From Nitrosopumilus sp. (GTDB lineage Archaea; Thermoproteota; Nitrososphaeria; Nitrososphaerales; Nitrosopumilaceae), in contig OZ242220.1 of the NCBI GenBank assembly GCA_965206745.1, positions 1,408,001 through 1,472,000 of the forward strand: a stretch of DNA of 64,000 bases. The letters are read 5' to 3'. Both the position numbers and the translations under genes were made by a program. The notes under the pieces were generated by a model that saw only the letters and a list, made by a program, of their open reading frames with translations, did not search any database and was not told the DNA's origin. Below are positions 49,787 through 59,546 of the stretch, in pieces; the stretch's first letter is position 1; each line of letters opens with the position of its first letter.

Positions 49787-50021
49787 TACTTTGCAAATAA
49801 AAAAAAATTTAAGAATTTGCCAAACTGGGATTCAGGACGACACTTGTTATAATGATGGGATGCATCCCTCAAATCCAGTACAACAAATGAGGATTGCCAT
49901 GCCATTACTTGTGTAGCCATTCTTTAGCAGTGGTTTTGTCAGAATCCTGTCTTTTGAGTTCATATTTTGCAGTGATGTAATATCTGATTTGAGTAAGGGG
50001 CAGTTTTCAAATATGTAATAG

Positions 50022-50095
50022 TGGGCCCGAAGGGCTTTGATCCCTTGGCTCACCGGTTATGAGCCGGTTACTCTACCAGGCTGAGTTACGGGCCC
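50022..50095 (-). tRNA. tRNA with CAT anticodon, probably tRNA-Ile2
   Basis: GGGCCCG acceptor, A73, ACCGG-CTCATAA-CCGGT; lacks the initiator A1-U72 pair and GGG/CCC stem. Confidence 0.85.
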
Positions 50096-50136
50096 TAAGC
50101 AAAGGGATTTTTTATCAGGTATAAAATGTTATGAGA

Positions 50137-50769
50137 CTAGCAGTATTCCTCGTAGCAGCTATCAAGCAACAGGTTTTGTGCCGAGATTGATTTGCCGGCA
50201 ACCTCAAAGAGTGTGCCAGAGTCAACTGATGAACTCTCCAAGATGCCCCTCCATGACGCTGCATGTCTAATGTCAGCTTTTGTGTGAAGCTCAAAGTATT
50301 CGGTGGATTCCCTGCCGGTCATCCCATAAAACTCTGCCAGGCCGTCAAGCTTGGTCTGGCTGATCTTGGGAATCTCTTTCTCAAAGGCATACATGGCACA
50401 CGCGCCGCCATCAAAGGTATCCATCAGCTGGCCCAAGTCAGAGACTGCCTTTTGGGTCTTGGCAGTTCCGGAATACAAAAGCAGTTCATCTTCTGATATT
50501 CCAAGCTGGGCTGCAAAGGCAATCCACGGCCTGATGTGATCAGACTCTTCCTGTCGGTTCTCTACTAGCTCGCCTGCAAGGGATTCAGGTGACTTTTCAA
50601 TAATCGGGGTCATAAAGGATGGGACTGCCTTGACAAGCTGAAAATACTCTTTGGAGTAACCTGTCAGGGATTCCCGCGTCAGTTTTCCGTCAGACCACAT
50701 CTGATAAAATGGGTGCTTTAGCAAACTTTTCTCCTCAATCATTTGATCAATTTTCTTAATTATGCTCAT
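50137..50769 (-). CDS. CADD/PqqC-like heme-oxygenase-fold di-metal protein
   Basis: LLKHPFYQMWSDGKL, QEESDH, YAFE, LHTKADIRH; ATG at 50769. Confidence 0.85.
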   Translation of the reverse strand: MSIIKKIDQMIEEKSLLKHPFYQMWSDGKLTRESLTGYSKEYFQLVKAVPSFMTPIIEKSPESLAGELVENRQEESDHIRPWIAFAAQLGISEDELLLYSGTAKTQKAVSDLGQLMDTFDGGACAMYAFEKEIPKISQTKLDGLAEFYGMTGRESTEYFELHTKADIRHAASWRGILESSSVDSGTLFEVAGKSISAQNLLLDSCYEEYC

Positions 50770-50849
50770 GATACATCTCCAATTATGCCAATAAAAAAAT
50801 CTTTGTTGTTTACAAAAGATTTTATGGTCAGAATACAGAATTTTCGTGG

Positions 50850-50943
50850 GTTCCAGTGGTGTAGACCGGTCAAGCATTTTGCCCTTTCAAGGCAAAGATC
50901 CCGGGTTCAAAATCATCTGATGAAAGTCCCGGCTGGAGCACCA
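50850..50943 (+). tRNA. tRNA-Glu(TTC) with a 15-nt T-loop intron and encoded CCA
   Basis: GTTCCAG/CTGGAGC-ACCA, TTGCC-CTTTCAA-GGCAA; 22 nt between T-stem strands instead of 7. Confidence 0.9.
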
Positions 50944-50970
50944 AGATTTATTTATGTATGAACAAGGTTT

Positions 50971-51837
50971 TTGATCAGGCTCATCTTGGACAGGAAAAAT
51001 ATCGAGATAAATCCTCTGCTTGAAACTTGTGGCAAGTACATCAAGCAAATCAACCAAGCTTTGGAGGATGAGCTTGGCATCTATTCAGAGTCAGAGTTCA
51101 TCGAGCCCCTCAAATACTCCCTAGAGGGGGGAAAGCGAATCAGGCCGATAATCCTCAACTTGGCAGCTGAGAGCGTAGGCAAGATTGATGAGAACATACT
51201 TGCAGCCTCATGCGCAGTAGAGTTTCTCCACATGGAGTCAATCATACATGACGATATCATTGATAATGAGACGATGAGAAGGCAGAAGGAGCCATTCCAC
51301 ATAAAGTACGGGTACAACACAAGCGTGTTAACAGGGGACTTTGTCCTCGGATTGATCCTTGCAATATCATCAAGGCTGGACAATGCCAGAATCACAAAGG
51401 ATCTGGCCACCACTGCCATGCTGATGAGTGAGGGGGAGATGATCGAGGGCAGGCTGGAGACAAGCGAGGATGTAACCTTTGATGACTATCTCAAGGTTAT
51501 AGAGTACAAGACGGCAGTTGCGTTTCAGGTTGCAGCAAGAATAGGGGCAATCATTGCAAACGGGACAGAGGAACAGGTGGAGGCCCTCACAGAGTATGGA
51601 AAGAATCTTGGAATCGCATATCAGATAAGGGACGATCTGCTTGACTGGAAGAACGAGGACAAGCTGTTCAACCTGCTAATCAAGAAGAGCTCCGATCCAA
51701 GGGACGTCTTTGACAAGATGGAGGAGATGCTAAAAGAATACTCGGAGAAGGCAAGGGCGGGACTGAGAAAGATTCCGGACTGCGATGCCAAGATGAACCT
51801 GGATAACTTGATCAAGTTTACTACGTTTAAGGCATAA
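50971..51837 (+). CDS. Polyprenyl diphosphate synthase
   Basis: GGKRIRP, IHDDIID, YQIRDD. Confidence 0.9.
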   Translation: MIRLILDRKNIEINPLLETCGKYIKQINQALEDELGIYSESEFIEPLKYSLEGGKRIRPIILNLAAESVGKIDENILAASCAVEFLHMESIIHDDIIDNETMRRQKEPFHIKYGYNTSVLTGDFVLGLILAISSRLDNARITKDLATTAMLMSEGEMIEGRLETSEDVTFDDYLKVIEYKTAVAFQVAARIGAIIANGTEEQVEALTEYGKNLGIAYQIRDDLLDWKNEDKLFNLLIKKSSDPRDVFDKMEEMLKEYSEKARAGLRKIPDCDAKMNLDNLIKFTTFKA

Positions 51838-53311
51838 GGCCCAGACTAATCACAGGTGTTGCAAACTCTACAAACTTTATCAGCGGTTCTGGATACACGC
51901 CGAATCCCACCAGGAATATAGTTGAGAATATCATCACTGCAATAATTGATCTTGGTTCTGCAACCCTCTTTTCAGTCTCGCCCTCAAAGTACATCTTTCT
52001 TGTAATCCATCCATAGTATGCAAGGGATAGTGCGCTGTTGAGCACACCTGCAATTGCAAGCCACGGCGCCCACCACAATGTAGAGGTCGCATCCAAGGCG
52101 CTGCCAAATAGCATCAGCTTGCTCCAAAAGCCCGAAAGTGGCGGGACTCCTGCCAGTGCAAACAGCGCAATGACTAGGCCCAGTGCGGTGATTGGCATTC
52201 GCCTGCCAAGGCCCTTTAATTTGTCAATATGAGTGACTGCCAGGGTGGTTACAATGCCTGCTATTGCAATAAATGCCGCACCCTTCATCACTGCATGGTT
52301 CATTATCTGGTACATGGATCCCTGCAGTCCAAGCGAGCTGTGCGGTGCCATTGCAAGTCCAATCAGAATGTATCCGGCATGGGCGATACTCGAGTATGCC
52401 AGCATCCTTGAGATGCTCTTTTGCATGATTGCAGCAACGTTTCCAATGGTCATAGTCATCACTGCAAGTATTCCCAAGGCCAGTGTCCAGTCAAGGTTCA
52501 GGACCACCATGCCCAGTACGATAATCCTAATTGATGCGGCAAACCCTGCCTTCTTTGTGGCAGCAGCCAGCAGTGCAGTAATTGTCGGTGGTGCGCCCTC
52601 GTAGGTGTCAGGCAGCCACTGATGGAACGGTACAAGCCCCATCTTGAATCCAAATCCTGCAATAAACATCCCGACTGAAAGCAGTGCAAGCGGCAGCAGG
52701 GACGGATCAAGTGTCATGTAGCCCTGAATCACATCCCCGATGTTAGTAGAGCCGGTTAGTCCGTAGGCAATTGAGATTCCGTAAACTATGATTGCAGATG
52801 AGAGTGCGCCAAAGAGAAAGTACTTTAGAGCCGCCTCATTTGAGCTCGGGTTCTTTTTCATGTATCCTACCAGTATGTATGTCGGAATGCTCATCAGCTC
52901 CCATGCGACAAACAGCATTATCAGATCAGTCGAGTATGCAACCAGGACCATGCCGATGGTGGCAAGCAGAATCAGTGAATAGTATACAGCAGGAGAGTTG
53001 TGCTTTCGCATGTAATTGAATGACCCGACTGTCGTAAAGATAGCAACAATCAGCATTGCAATTGCAAAGAATCCTCCAAACGCGTCATCTACTAGCACGT
53101 CCTCAGAAAATAGTGCAGACGGTACTACATTCTCGCTGATAAACTGGTATCCCACATAGCCCATAGATACGATTAGTGCGGCAAATGCAATGACGGCATA
53201 AAACGAGTTTGAGCCCTGCTCCTTTCTCACAATACTGATTATCGGAAGAAGGATTCCGACGGTTCCCAGAATCGCGATTAGTACCAAGGGGGTTGAGGTA
53301 ATCTCTATCAT
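51827..53311 (-). CDS. nuoN: Complex I subunit N
   Basis: EAALKYF, FKMGLVPFHQWLPDTYEGAP, RMLAYSSIAH. Confidence 0.95.
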   Translation of the reverse strand: MIEITSTPLVLIAILGTVGILLPIISIVRKEQGSNSFYAVIAFAALIVSMGYVGYQFISENVVPSALFSEDVLVDDAFGGFFAIAMLIVAIFTTVGSFNYMRKHNSPAVYYSLILLATIGMVLVAYSTDLIMLFVAWELMSIPTYILVGYMKKNPSSNEAALKYFLFGALSSAIIVYGISIAYGLTGSTNIGDVIQGYMTLDPSLLPLALLSVGMFIAGFGFKMGLVPFHQWLPDTYEGAPPTITALLAAATKKAGFAASIRIIVLGMVVLNLDWTLALGILAVMTMTIGNVAAIMQKSISRMLAYSSIAHAGYILIGLAMAPHSSLGLQGSMYQIMNHAVMKGAAFIAIAGIVTTLAVTHIDKLKGLGRRMPITALGLVIALFALAGVPPLSGFWSKLMLFGSALDATSTLWWAPWLAIAGVLNSALSLAYYGWITRKMYFEGETEKRVAEPRSIIAVMIFSTIFLVGFGVYPEPLIKFVEFATPVISLGLMP

Positions 53312-53324
53312 TTCATCATATCTC

Positions 53325-55403
53325 CTAAATCAGCAGTATCAGGACTACAAACAACAGTCCTGCTCCAAATACGAATAGGTATGACTGGGATACGCCTGTC
53401 TGGGTTCCTTGAACAACCTTGGCACTCCATCCCACTGCCTTTTGTACTCCAGCATTCATACCGTAATCGATAGCGGTCTTTTCAAAGTATCGGAACACGC
53501 CCCTTGCAAGCCACAGCGGGGCCACGACAAAGCACCAGTAGACCAGGGCGTTTAGATACCATCTGTTTAAGAAGAATTTGTGAATTGCGTAAAAGACGAT
53601 ATTAGAGTTCACAAACCTGACAGGATCAACCCATCGTCCGATGTAAAAGATAAAGCCCAGTCCGATGCCTGTGGCAAATGCGACCAGTGATGCGCCAAGG
53701 GCAACAGGGTTTAGTCCCTGCAAAAATTCAGGCAGAACCGATGCCTCATATGCTACATGTTCTGTGTGAATGCCAAAGTAATCCTCAAGGTAGTCAGTGA
53801 ATAGATGGTGCAGTCCCTCCTCAGTGGAGAGTCCCATAATACCAATGCCGATTGTAAGCACTGCAAGGATTCCGTATGGAACCCACATGGATACGGATGC
53901 CTCATGGATGTGGTGCCCTTCCTCCTCCATCTTTTGTATGTGCTTGCTCTTTTCTCCAAAGAAGACCATTCCAATCATTCTCGTTGTGTAAAATGCCGTA
54001 ATTACGGCAGTCAAAACGGCGATGATGAACAGTGGTAGCGCCCACTCGTTTCCGGACTCGTAGACTGCGGCAAAGATTGCATCCTTGCTCCAGAAACCAG
54101 TTGTGATAAATGGCGCGCCCATCAAGCCAAGACCTGCAGCCCACATAAACGCGTAGGTCTTTTTCATCTGTTTTCTCAGACCGCCCATGTCAGTCATGAA
54201 CCTAGAGCCGACAATGTGGAGTAGCGAGCCTGCTGCCATAAACAACGATGCCTTGAACATGGCATGTGAAATCAGGTGGAAGAATCCCGCAGTATAACCA
54301 TCAACGTACTGGTGAGACAGTCCTGCAACACCGAGTGCCATCATCATGTAGCCAATCTGCGAGCCAGTAGAGTATGCAAGGACCTTTTTGATCTCAGGAT
54401 TGACCATTCCCTGCGTCGCAAGGAGCAGTGCAGTGACTGCACCAACCCATGCTATAATCTCAAAGAACTGATCACCCATGATTCCGGCAGCACTCAGTGC
54501 AAAGACTATCGGGCCTATCCTTGCAACCAGGAACACGCCTGCCTTTACCATTGTCGCAGCATGAATCAGTGCAGATACGGCAGTGGGGCCAGTCATTGCC
54601 TCAAGCAGCCACTCATTTAGTGGGAACTGGGCTGACTTTCCTATGGCACCGCCAAACAGCAGGACAAATGCTGGAACCAGCAACCCCTGGGCAGCCATTG
54701 TAGTTGCCCAGTCAGTGGACTCTACCAGCTCCCGGAATCCAAACGTGCCGGCAAACAAGAATATCAAAAGCATGCCTGCAATCATCATCACATCACCGAC
54801 CTTGGTCATGATGAATGCCTTCATTCCGGCATGCGTTGGCGCATAATAGTCCAGCATCCCAAGAACGGTTCGTCCTTGAACACCGACATGATCCTTCTTT
54901 TTATCACGATACCAAAAGCTGATCAGGGCATACGATGCAAGTCCGACCCCCTCCCATCCAAAGAAGACCTGTAGCAGGTTGTCAGAGAGTACGATTAACT
55001 GCATCGAGCCGATAAAGAACAGCATCCAGAACCAGAACCTCGTAATGTCCTTGTCGCCTTTCATGTAGCCGGTGCTGTAAATCATGATCAGAAATGAGAT
55101 CCATGCAACGACATTTGCCATGATTATCGAGAGGGGATCTGCAAGTACGCCTGCCTTGATTCCTATTGCCTCTATCCACATTATCTGATCATGTATCTCG
55201 TGTCCCTCCAGTGCCATCGGCAGCATTGATGCTGCAGAGAGGGCACTCATTAACGCAAATCCTACTGCAACAAAGCCAGTTGCATTCTTTGATAGTTTTC
55301 CGACTCCGGGCAGAATCAATGCTGCAACAAACGGCAGAATCCAGACCAGCCAGGCGCTTGCCGCACCGACTTCAAATGGCAGTCCCAAGATTTCAGTGGC
55401 CAT
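53325..55403 (-). CDS. nuoL: Complex I subunit L
   Basis: GWEGVG, GKSAQFPL, AMTGPTAVSALIHAATMV. Confidence 0.95.
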   Translation of the reverse strand: MATEILGLPFEVGAASAWLVWILPFVAALILPGVGKLSKNATGFVAVGFALMSALSAASMLPMALEGHEIHDQIMWIEAIGIKAGVLADPLSIIMANVVAWISFLIMIYSTGYMKGDKDITRFWFWMLFFIGSMQLIVLSDNLLQVFFGWEGVGLASYALISFWYRDKKKDHVGVQGRTVLGMLDYYAPTHAGMKAFIMTKVGDVMMIAGMLLIFLFAGTFGFRELVESTDWATTMAAQGLLVPAFVLLFGGAIGKSAQFPLNEWLLEAMTGPTAVSALIHAATMVKAGVFLVARIGPIVFALSAAGIMGDQFFEIIAWVGAVTALLLATQGMVNPEIKKVLAYSTGSQIGYMMMALGVAGLSHQYVDGYTAGFFHLISHAMFKASLFMAAGSLLHIVGSRFMTDMGGLRKQMKKTYAFMWAAGLGLMGAPFITTGFWSKDAIFAAVYESGNEWALPLFIIAVLTAVITAFYTTRMIGMVFFGEKSKHIQKMEEEGHHIHEASVSMWVPYGILAVLTIGIGIMGLSTEEGLHHLFTDYLEDYFGIHTEHVAYEASVLPEFLQGLNPVALGASLVAFATGIGLGFIFYIGRWVDPVRFVNSNIVFYAIHKFFLNRWYLNALVYWCFVVAPLWLARGVFRYFEKTAIDYGMNAGVQKAVGWSAKVVQGTQTGVSQSYLFVFGAGLLFVVLILLI

Positions 55404-55406
55404 TAT

Positions 55407-56960
55407 CTAGACTCCCAGCACCCCGCCCATGTACGGAATAATCGTCTTTAGGAAGATATCCGGATAGATTCCAACTACAATTGAGAATCCTGCCAGGACC
55501 ATCATCGGTACTGTCATGTACCAGCTTCCCTCCTTTACATTTGCAAGATGCTCCGGAATCTTTCCAAAGAATATGCGCTTTAGCATCCAGAGCATGTACG
55601 ACATTGTCAGTACGGTTGCAACAAGACCCAGGCCAAAGGTTACTGCCCTCAAAGTCGAGCCCTCTTCAATGGCAGTCTCTAATGCGCCGTAAAACAGAAT
55701 CCACTCTCCCATAAAACCACTTGTTGGGGGGATTCCCATTATTGTTAATGCGCCAATTACCGCACATACTGCAGTGATTGGCATCTTTCCTGCCAGACCT
55801 CCCAGTTTTGAGATGCTCCGGGTTCCGACCTTGACAATGATGATTCCTGCCATCATAAAGAGAATGCCCTTTCCGATTCCGTGCGTCACGTACATCATCT
55901 CTGCGCCGGAAAGACCAAGTACGGAGATTGAACCGATTCCAAACAGGATATAGCCCATCTGGCTGATACTGGAGTACGCAAGCAGACGTTTCAGATCATC
56001 TTGCATCAGGGCCATGGCGCCGCCGTAAATCATGGTGACAAGGCCCCAGATGTGGAACCATATTGAGAGCTCTGCAAATGTCAGCGGCATAAATTCCACA
56101 ATCAGTCTGAACAGGCCATAAGCTCCAATGCCGATCATTGCAGGGGACAGCAGCGCACTGATTGGGGTGGGCGCTGAGCCGTGCACATACGGAAGCCAGA
56201 TATGGAACATGAACACTGCCAGCTTGACGCCGAGTCCTATTGTGATTGCAACAGCAGAATACATTGCAATGTCTGCGGGAATCGCAGATTCCTTAATGTC
56301 TGCAAAGTCAAAGCTGCCAATGGTCAGGCCGATCATCAGGAACCCCAGCAGCAAGACTACGGCACCTGCGTGGGTCCAGAACAAGAACATTAGTCCAATC
56401 TTTCTTCTCGGACCATCACCCCAGAGGGCAACCAAAAAGAATCCCGGAATCAGCATCACCTCAAAGAAGATGTAAAACTCGATCAGGTTTGTGGAGAGGA
56501 CTGTCCCAAGCATGCCCATTGCAAAGACAAGGTACAGTGCAAAGTAGAGGCCTGACTTTGCATTCACATAGCTTGAAAGGGATGATGACTCGACAACGGA
56601 GGTTTGTCCGCTGCCAGACGTGTTGAGGTTCCTCTCCTCTTGGAACTGCTCGTGGAACTTGTGAACCATGTATGGCTTGGAATAGATTGCCAGGATTGTA
56701 GAGAGTACATATATGATGATTGCAAACGGCGATGCCAGTCCGTCGAGCATAAAGCCAAACTCCCCGAACTGCTCTGTCCACGGATAGTGCTCCTCCACGG
56801 TTCCAGACAGTGCCGCATTGATCACAAGGATTGTAGTGTATAGTAAGATTGCAAAGGTGAACCACATTGCAGGTGTCGGGCCTGCCTTTCTTCCAATGAT
56901 GTATGCAACAGGAGATAAGAGTAAGGGCAGGAAGACGGCCTGTAGTAACGCATACTCCAT
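55407..56960 (-). CDS. nuoM: Complex I subunit M
   Basis: FFEVMLIP, HIWLPYVHGSAP, DLKRLLAYSS. Confidence 0.95.
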   Translation of the reverse strand: MEYALLQAVFLPLLLSPVAYIIGRKAGPTPAMWFTFAILLYTTILVINAALSGTVEEHYPWTEQFGEFGFMLDGLASPFAIIIYVLSTILAIYSKPYMVHKFHEQFQEERNLNTSGSGQTSVVESSSLSSYVNAKSGLYFALYLVFAMGMLGTVLSTNLIEFYIFFEVMLIPGFFLVALWGDGPRRKIGLMFLFWTHAGAVVLLLGFLMIGLTIGSFDFADIKESAIPADIAMYSAVAITIGLGVKLAVFMFHIWLPYVHGSAPTPISALLSPAMIGIGAYGLFRLIVEFMPLTFAELSIWFHIWGLVTMIYGGAMALMQDDLKRLLAYSSISQMGYILFGIGSISVLGLSGAEMMYVTHGIGKGILFMMAGIIIVKVGTRSISKLGGLAGKMPITAVCAVIGALTIMGIPPTSGFMGEWILFYGALETAIEEGSTLRAVTFGLGLVATVLTMSYMLWMLKRIFFGKIPEHLANVKEGSWYMTVPMMVLAGFSIVVGIYPDIFLKTIIPYMGGVLGV

Positions 56961-57265
56961 TATCCCTTCAGGCTCCTAAAGTCTGCGATATCCACGTTCT
57001 GGTACATGCGGTAGGCCACAATTATTAGTGACAGTCCTACTGCAACCTCTGCTGCTGCAATTGCAATGGAGAACAGTGCCATGGTCTGTCCTCCTGCGTG
57101 TGGCAGAAACCTGCCAAAGGCAACAAGGTTGAGGTTTGCAGCGTTGATAATAATCTCAACTGCAAAGAGCATTCGGATAAAGTTGCGTTTGACTGCAAGG
57201 CCATAGATGCCTATGCCGAGCATGGCAACTGACACCAGGGTAAAATCAATTAGCTCGCTGGTCAT
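56960..57265 (-). CDS. nuoK: Complex I subunit K
   Basis: EIIINAANLN, AAAEVAVGL. Confidence 0.95.
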   Translation of the reverse strand: MTSELIDFTLVSVAMLGIGIYGLAVKRNFIRMLFAVEIIINAANLNLVAFGRFLPHAGGQTMALFSIAIAAAEVAVGLSLIIVAYRMYQNVDIADFRSLKG

Positions 57266-57758
57266 TCTCCACATCCTCACGTTTGGCCAAAACTAGTGCA
57301 CCAGTCACAGAGCCTGCCAGGATCAGTCCCATCAGAATCAGTGCAGGCCAATAATATGTTACAAAGTCAGTTCCTATATCCCTAAAGTCAGCTGCAGGCT
57401 CATCAGTAGTCATCGTCTTGATTCCAGAATCCAGAAACACCGCACCTAGTGCAACCATGACAACAAGCATCAGGCCGATGCCTGCAAACTTTCGGCGCTT
57501 GTCCTCAATCTTGTTGAAGATAAGCTCCCTCTTTACCAGCATTACAGTAAAGAGAATCAGAACGGCAATAGAGCCGACATATACTGCCAGCTGGAACAAT
57601 GCGACAAACGGCGCATCAAGCAGAAAGAAGAATCCTGCAACGCCGCCCAAGGTTCCCATCAGTGCAATCGAACCGTAAATCAGTGATCGCAGCTCCAGTG
57701 CTGCAATTGCAGAACCGATTGTAATCACAGTTAGTGCAAGAAATGCCGCATCAGCCAT
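57246..57758 (-). CDS. nuoJ: Complex I subunit J
   Basis: QLAVYVGSIAVLILFTVML. Confidence 0.93.
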   Translation of the reverse strand: MADAAFLALTVITIGSAIAALELRSLIYGSIALMGTLGGVAGFFFLLDAPFVALFQLAVYVGSIAVLILFTVMLVKRELIFNKIEDKRRKFAGIGLMLVVMVALGAVFLDSGIKTMTTDEPAADFRDIGTDFVTYYWPALILMGLILAGSVTGALVLAKREDVENDQRAN

Positions 57759-58248
57759 GCGTTGCACCTCTGTCGGAAATCTGTATCTCGCTGTCCTGTG
57801 CAACGTATGGTTTTACCTGGAGCTGGGCAGGTGTGTAAATGAGACCCTCCTTTGAGAACGAGGAGAGCTCGTAATCGTTGGTCATGTAAAGCGCGTAAAA
57901 CGGGCATGCATCAACGCACAGGCCGCAAAAGACGCACTTTCCATAGTCAATCTGTGGCATGATTGATTTCTTGTTCTGCTTTTGCTCCTCTGGAACCTTT
58001 ACCATTGCGATGGCCTCTGCCACTCCCTCGCATGCAATTGAGCACAGCTGGCATCCGGTACAGTGATCGTGGAACAGCATGTGGCGCCCCTTGAGACCTG
58101 CAATGCCGACGCCAGTCGACGGATCAAACTGGTACCCGTCACCTACAAACTTTAGCTTCTCCTCAGGATAGCGGAGCGTGAACCGCTTTGTGGCAATGTG
58201 CTTGATGCCAGAGTTTAATGCGCGAATAATGCCAGTTGCGGTTCCCAT
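57751..58248 (-). CDS. nuoI: Complex I subunit I
   Basis: Two CxxCxxCxxxC motifs. Confidence 0.95.
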   Translation of the reverse strand: MGTATGIIRALNSGIKHIATKRFTLRYPEEKLKFVGDGYQFDPSTGVGIAGLKGRHMLFHDHCTGCQLCSIACEGVAEAIAMVKVPEEQKQNKKSIMPQIDYGKCVFCGLCVDACPFYALYMTNDYELSSFSKEGLIYTPAQLQVKPYVAQDSEIQISDRGATHG

Positions 58249-59546
58249 TATTGCAATCCTCCTGGTCCTAGCACTCCAGCGTAAAGCAGGCCAAGTGCAA
58301 TAAAGATGTTAACGAAGGCAAGCCCGATCAGCTTGGTCCATCCGAGACTCAGCAGCATGTCAATTCTGATCCTTGGGAAGACGCCCCTTGGCAGCAGGAT
58401 GAAGAATATGACGGCTACAGTCTTTAGAACAAACCAGAGCGTGCCGTTGAGCATCTCTTGTGTGAATAATGGAAGTCCAGGAATCTTTGCAGTGACGGGA
58501 CCGAGTTCTATGCCGTGCTGAAGAATTTCTGCGGGGAACGGGGGTACGACCATCGGACCGTGCCATCCGCCAAGAAAGATCACGACAAACAGGCCTGCAA
58601 ACGCATAGAGTTTCAGGTATGTTCCCAGCTGGACAAGGCCGTACATCATGCCAGACAGCTCAGTTAGCCATCCGGCTACGATCTCACTTTCTGCCTCTGG
58701 CAGATCAAATGGGATTCTCTCCAGCTCTGCAAGCATTGTGATAAAGAACACGATGGCGCCAACTGGTAGAAATACAATCCATGGAAAGCTCGACTGACTG
58801 GCTACAATCTCAGAGAGGTTGAGGGAGCCAGTAAGCATCACTGCCCCAAGCAGAGATAGAATTAACGGAATTTCAAATGAGACCATCTGGAACAAGGCCC
58901 TGATGCCGCCAATGAAGGGGAACTTGCTGTTTGCAGACCATGCAGAGAGGATTGTAATGATTGGAAAGAATCCAATCACCGCAAAGACGCCCAGCAGGCC
59001 CACATCCACGTCTGCGACCACCCAACCGGGGGCAACTGGAATGAATGCAACAAATGATGCGGCAGTTGCAACAAAGAGGACAGGCGCTGCCCAAAAGATC
59101 GGCTTGTCGGCTTTTGCCGGAATGATAATCTCCTTTGAGATCAGTTTCAAGCCATCGCCCATCAGCTGCAAGATGCCCTCAAACTTTCCACAGTAAAAGG
59201 GACCCACCCTTAGCTGCAGTTTTGCAAGCAGTTTTCTCTCCACAAAGATTGTACCTGCCGCAATTAGTGCTGCAAATCCAAATCCTGGAAATACCATCAC
59301 CCGAAAGATATCAGTAGTCATAAACGCATGAACCACAGGAAGAATTCGTGATGGGTCCGAAAGCCAGCTTAATGCAAGAAACGGTGTAAGCAGTTCGCCG
59401 TCAATTACTGGCATCTCAACTACAAACAGAATCATAAACATTGCAGGAATGCCAGTTAGAACGGCTATGAGCAGTATCCAGAATATATTATCAAACAGCG
59501 ACTTGATAAACTCACTTAGCTTGAAATTTGGTGCAATAACAGACAT
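58248..59546 (-). CDS. nuoH: Complex I subunit H
   Basis: ERKLLA..QLRVGP, RIPFDLPEAESE, PRIRID. Confidence 0.95.
   Translation of the reverse strand: MSVIAPNFKLSEFIKSLFDNIFWILLIAVLTGIPAMFMILFVVEMPVIDGELLTPFLALSWLSDPSRILPVVHAFMTTDIFRVMVFPGFGFAALIAAGTIFVERKLLAKLQLRVGPFYCGKFEGILQLMGDGLKLISKEIIIPAKADKPIFWAAPVLFVATAASFVAFIPVAPGWVVADVDVGLLGVFAVIGFFPIITILSAWSANSKFPFIGGIRALFQMVSFEIPLILSLLGAVMLTGSLNLSEIVASQSSFPWIVFLPVGAIVFFITMLAELERIPFDLPEAESEIVAGWLTELSGMMYGLVQLGTYLKLYAFAGLFVVIFLGGWHGPMVVPPFPAEILQHGIELGPVTAKIPGLPLFTQEMLNGTLWFVLKTVAVIFFILLPRGVFPRIRIDMLLSLGWTKLIGLAFVNIFIALGLLYAGVLGPGGLQ

Noticed and set aside
50770-50877. N-terminal extension of the 246-aa ORF
   Set aside because: Overlaps tRNA-Glu and its promoter; the real start is ATG 50769.
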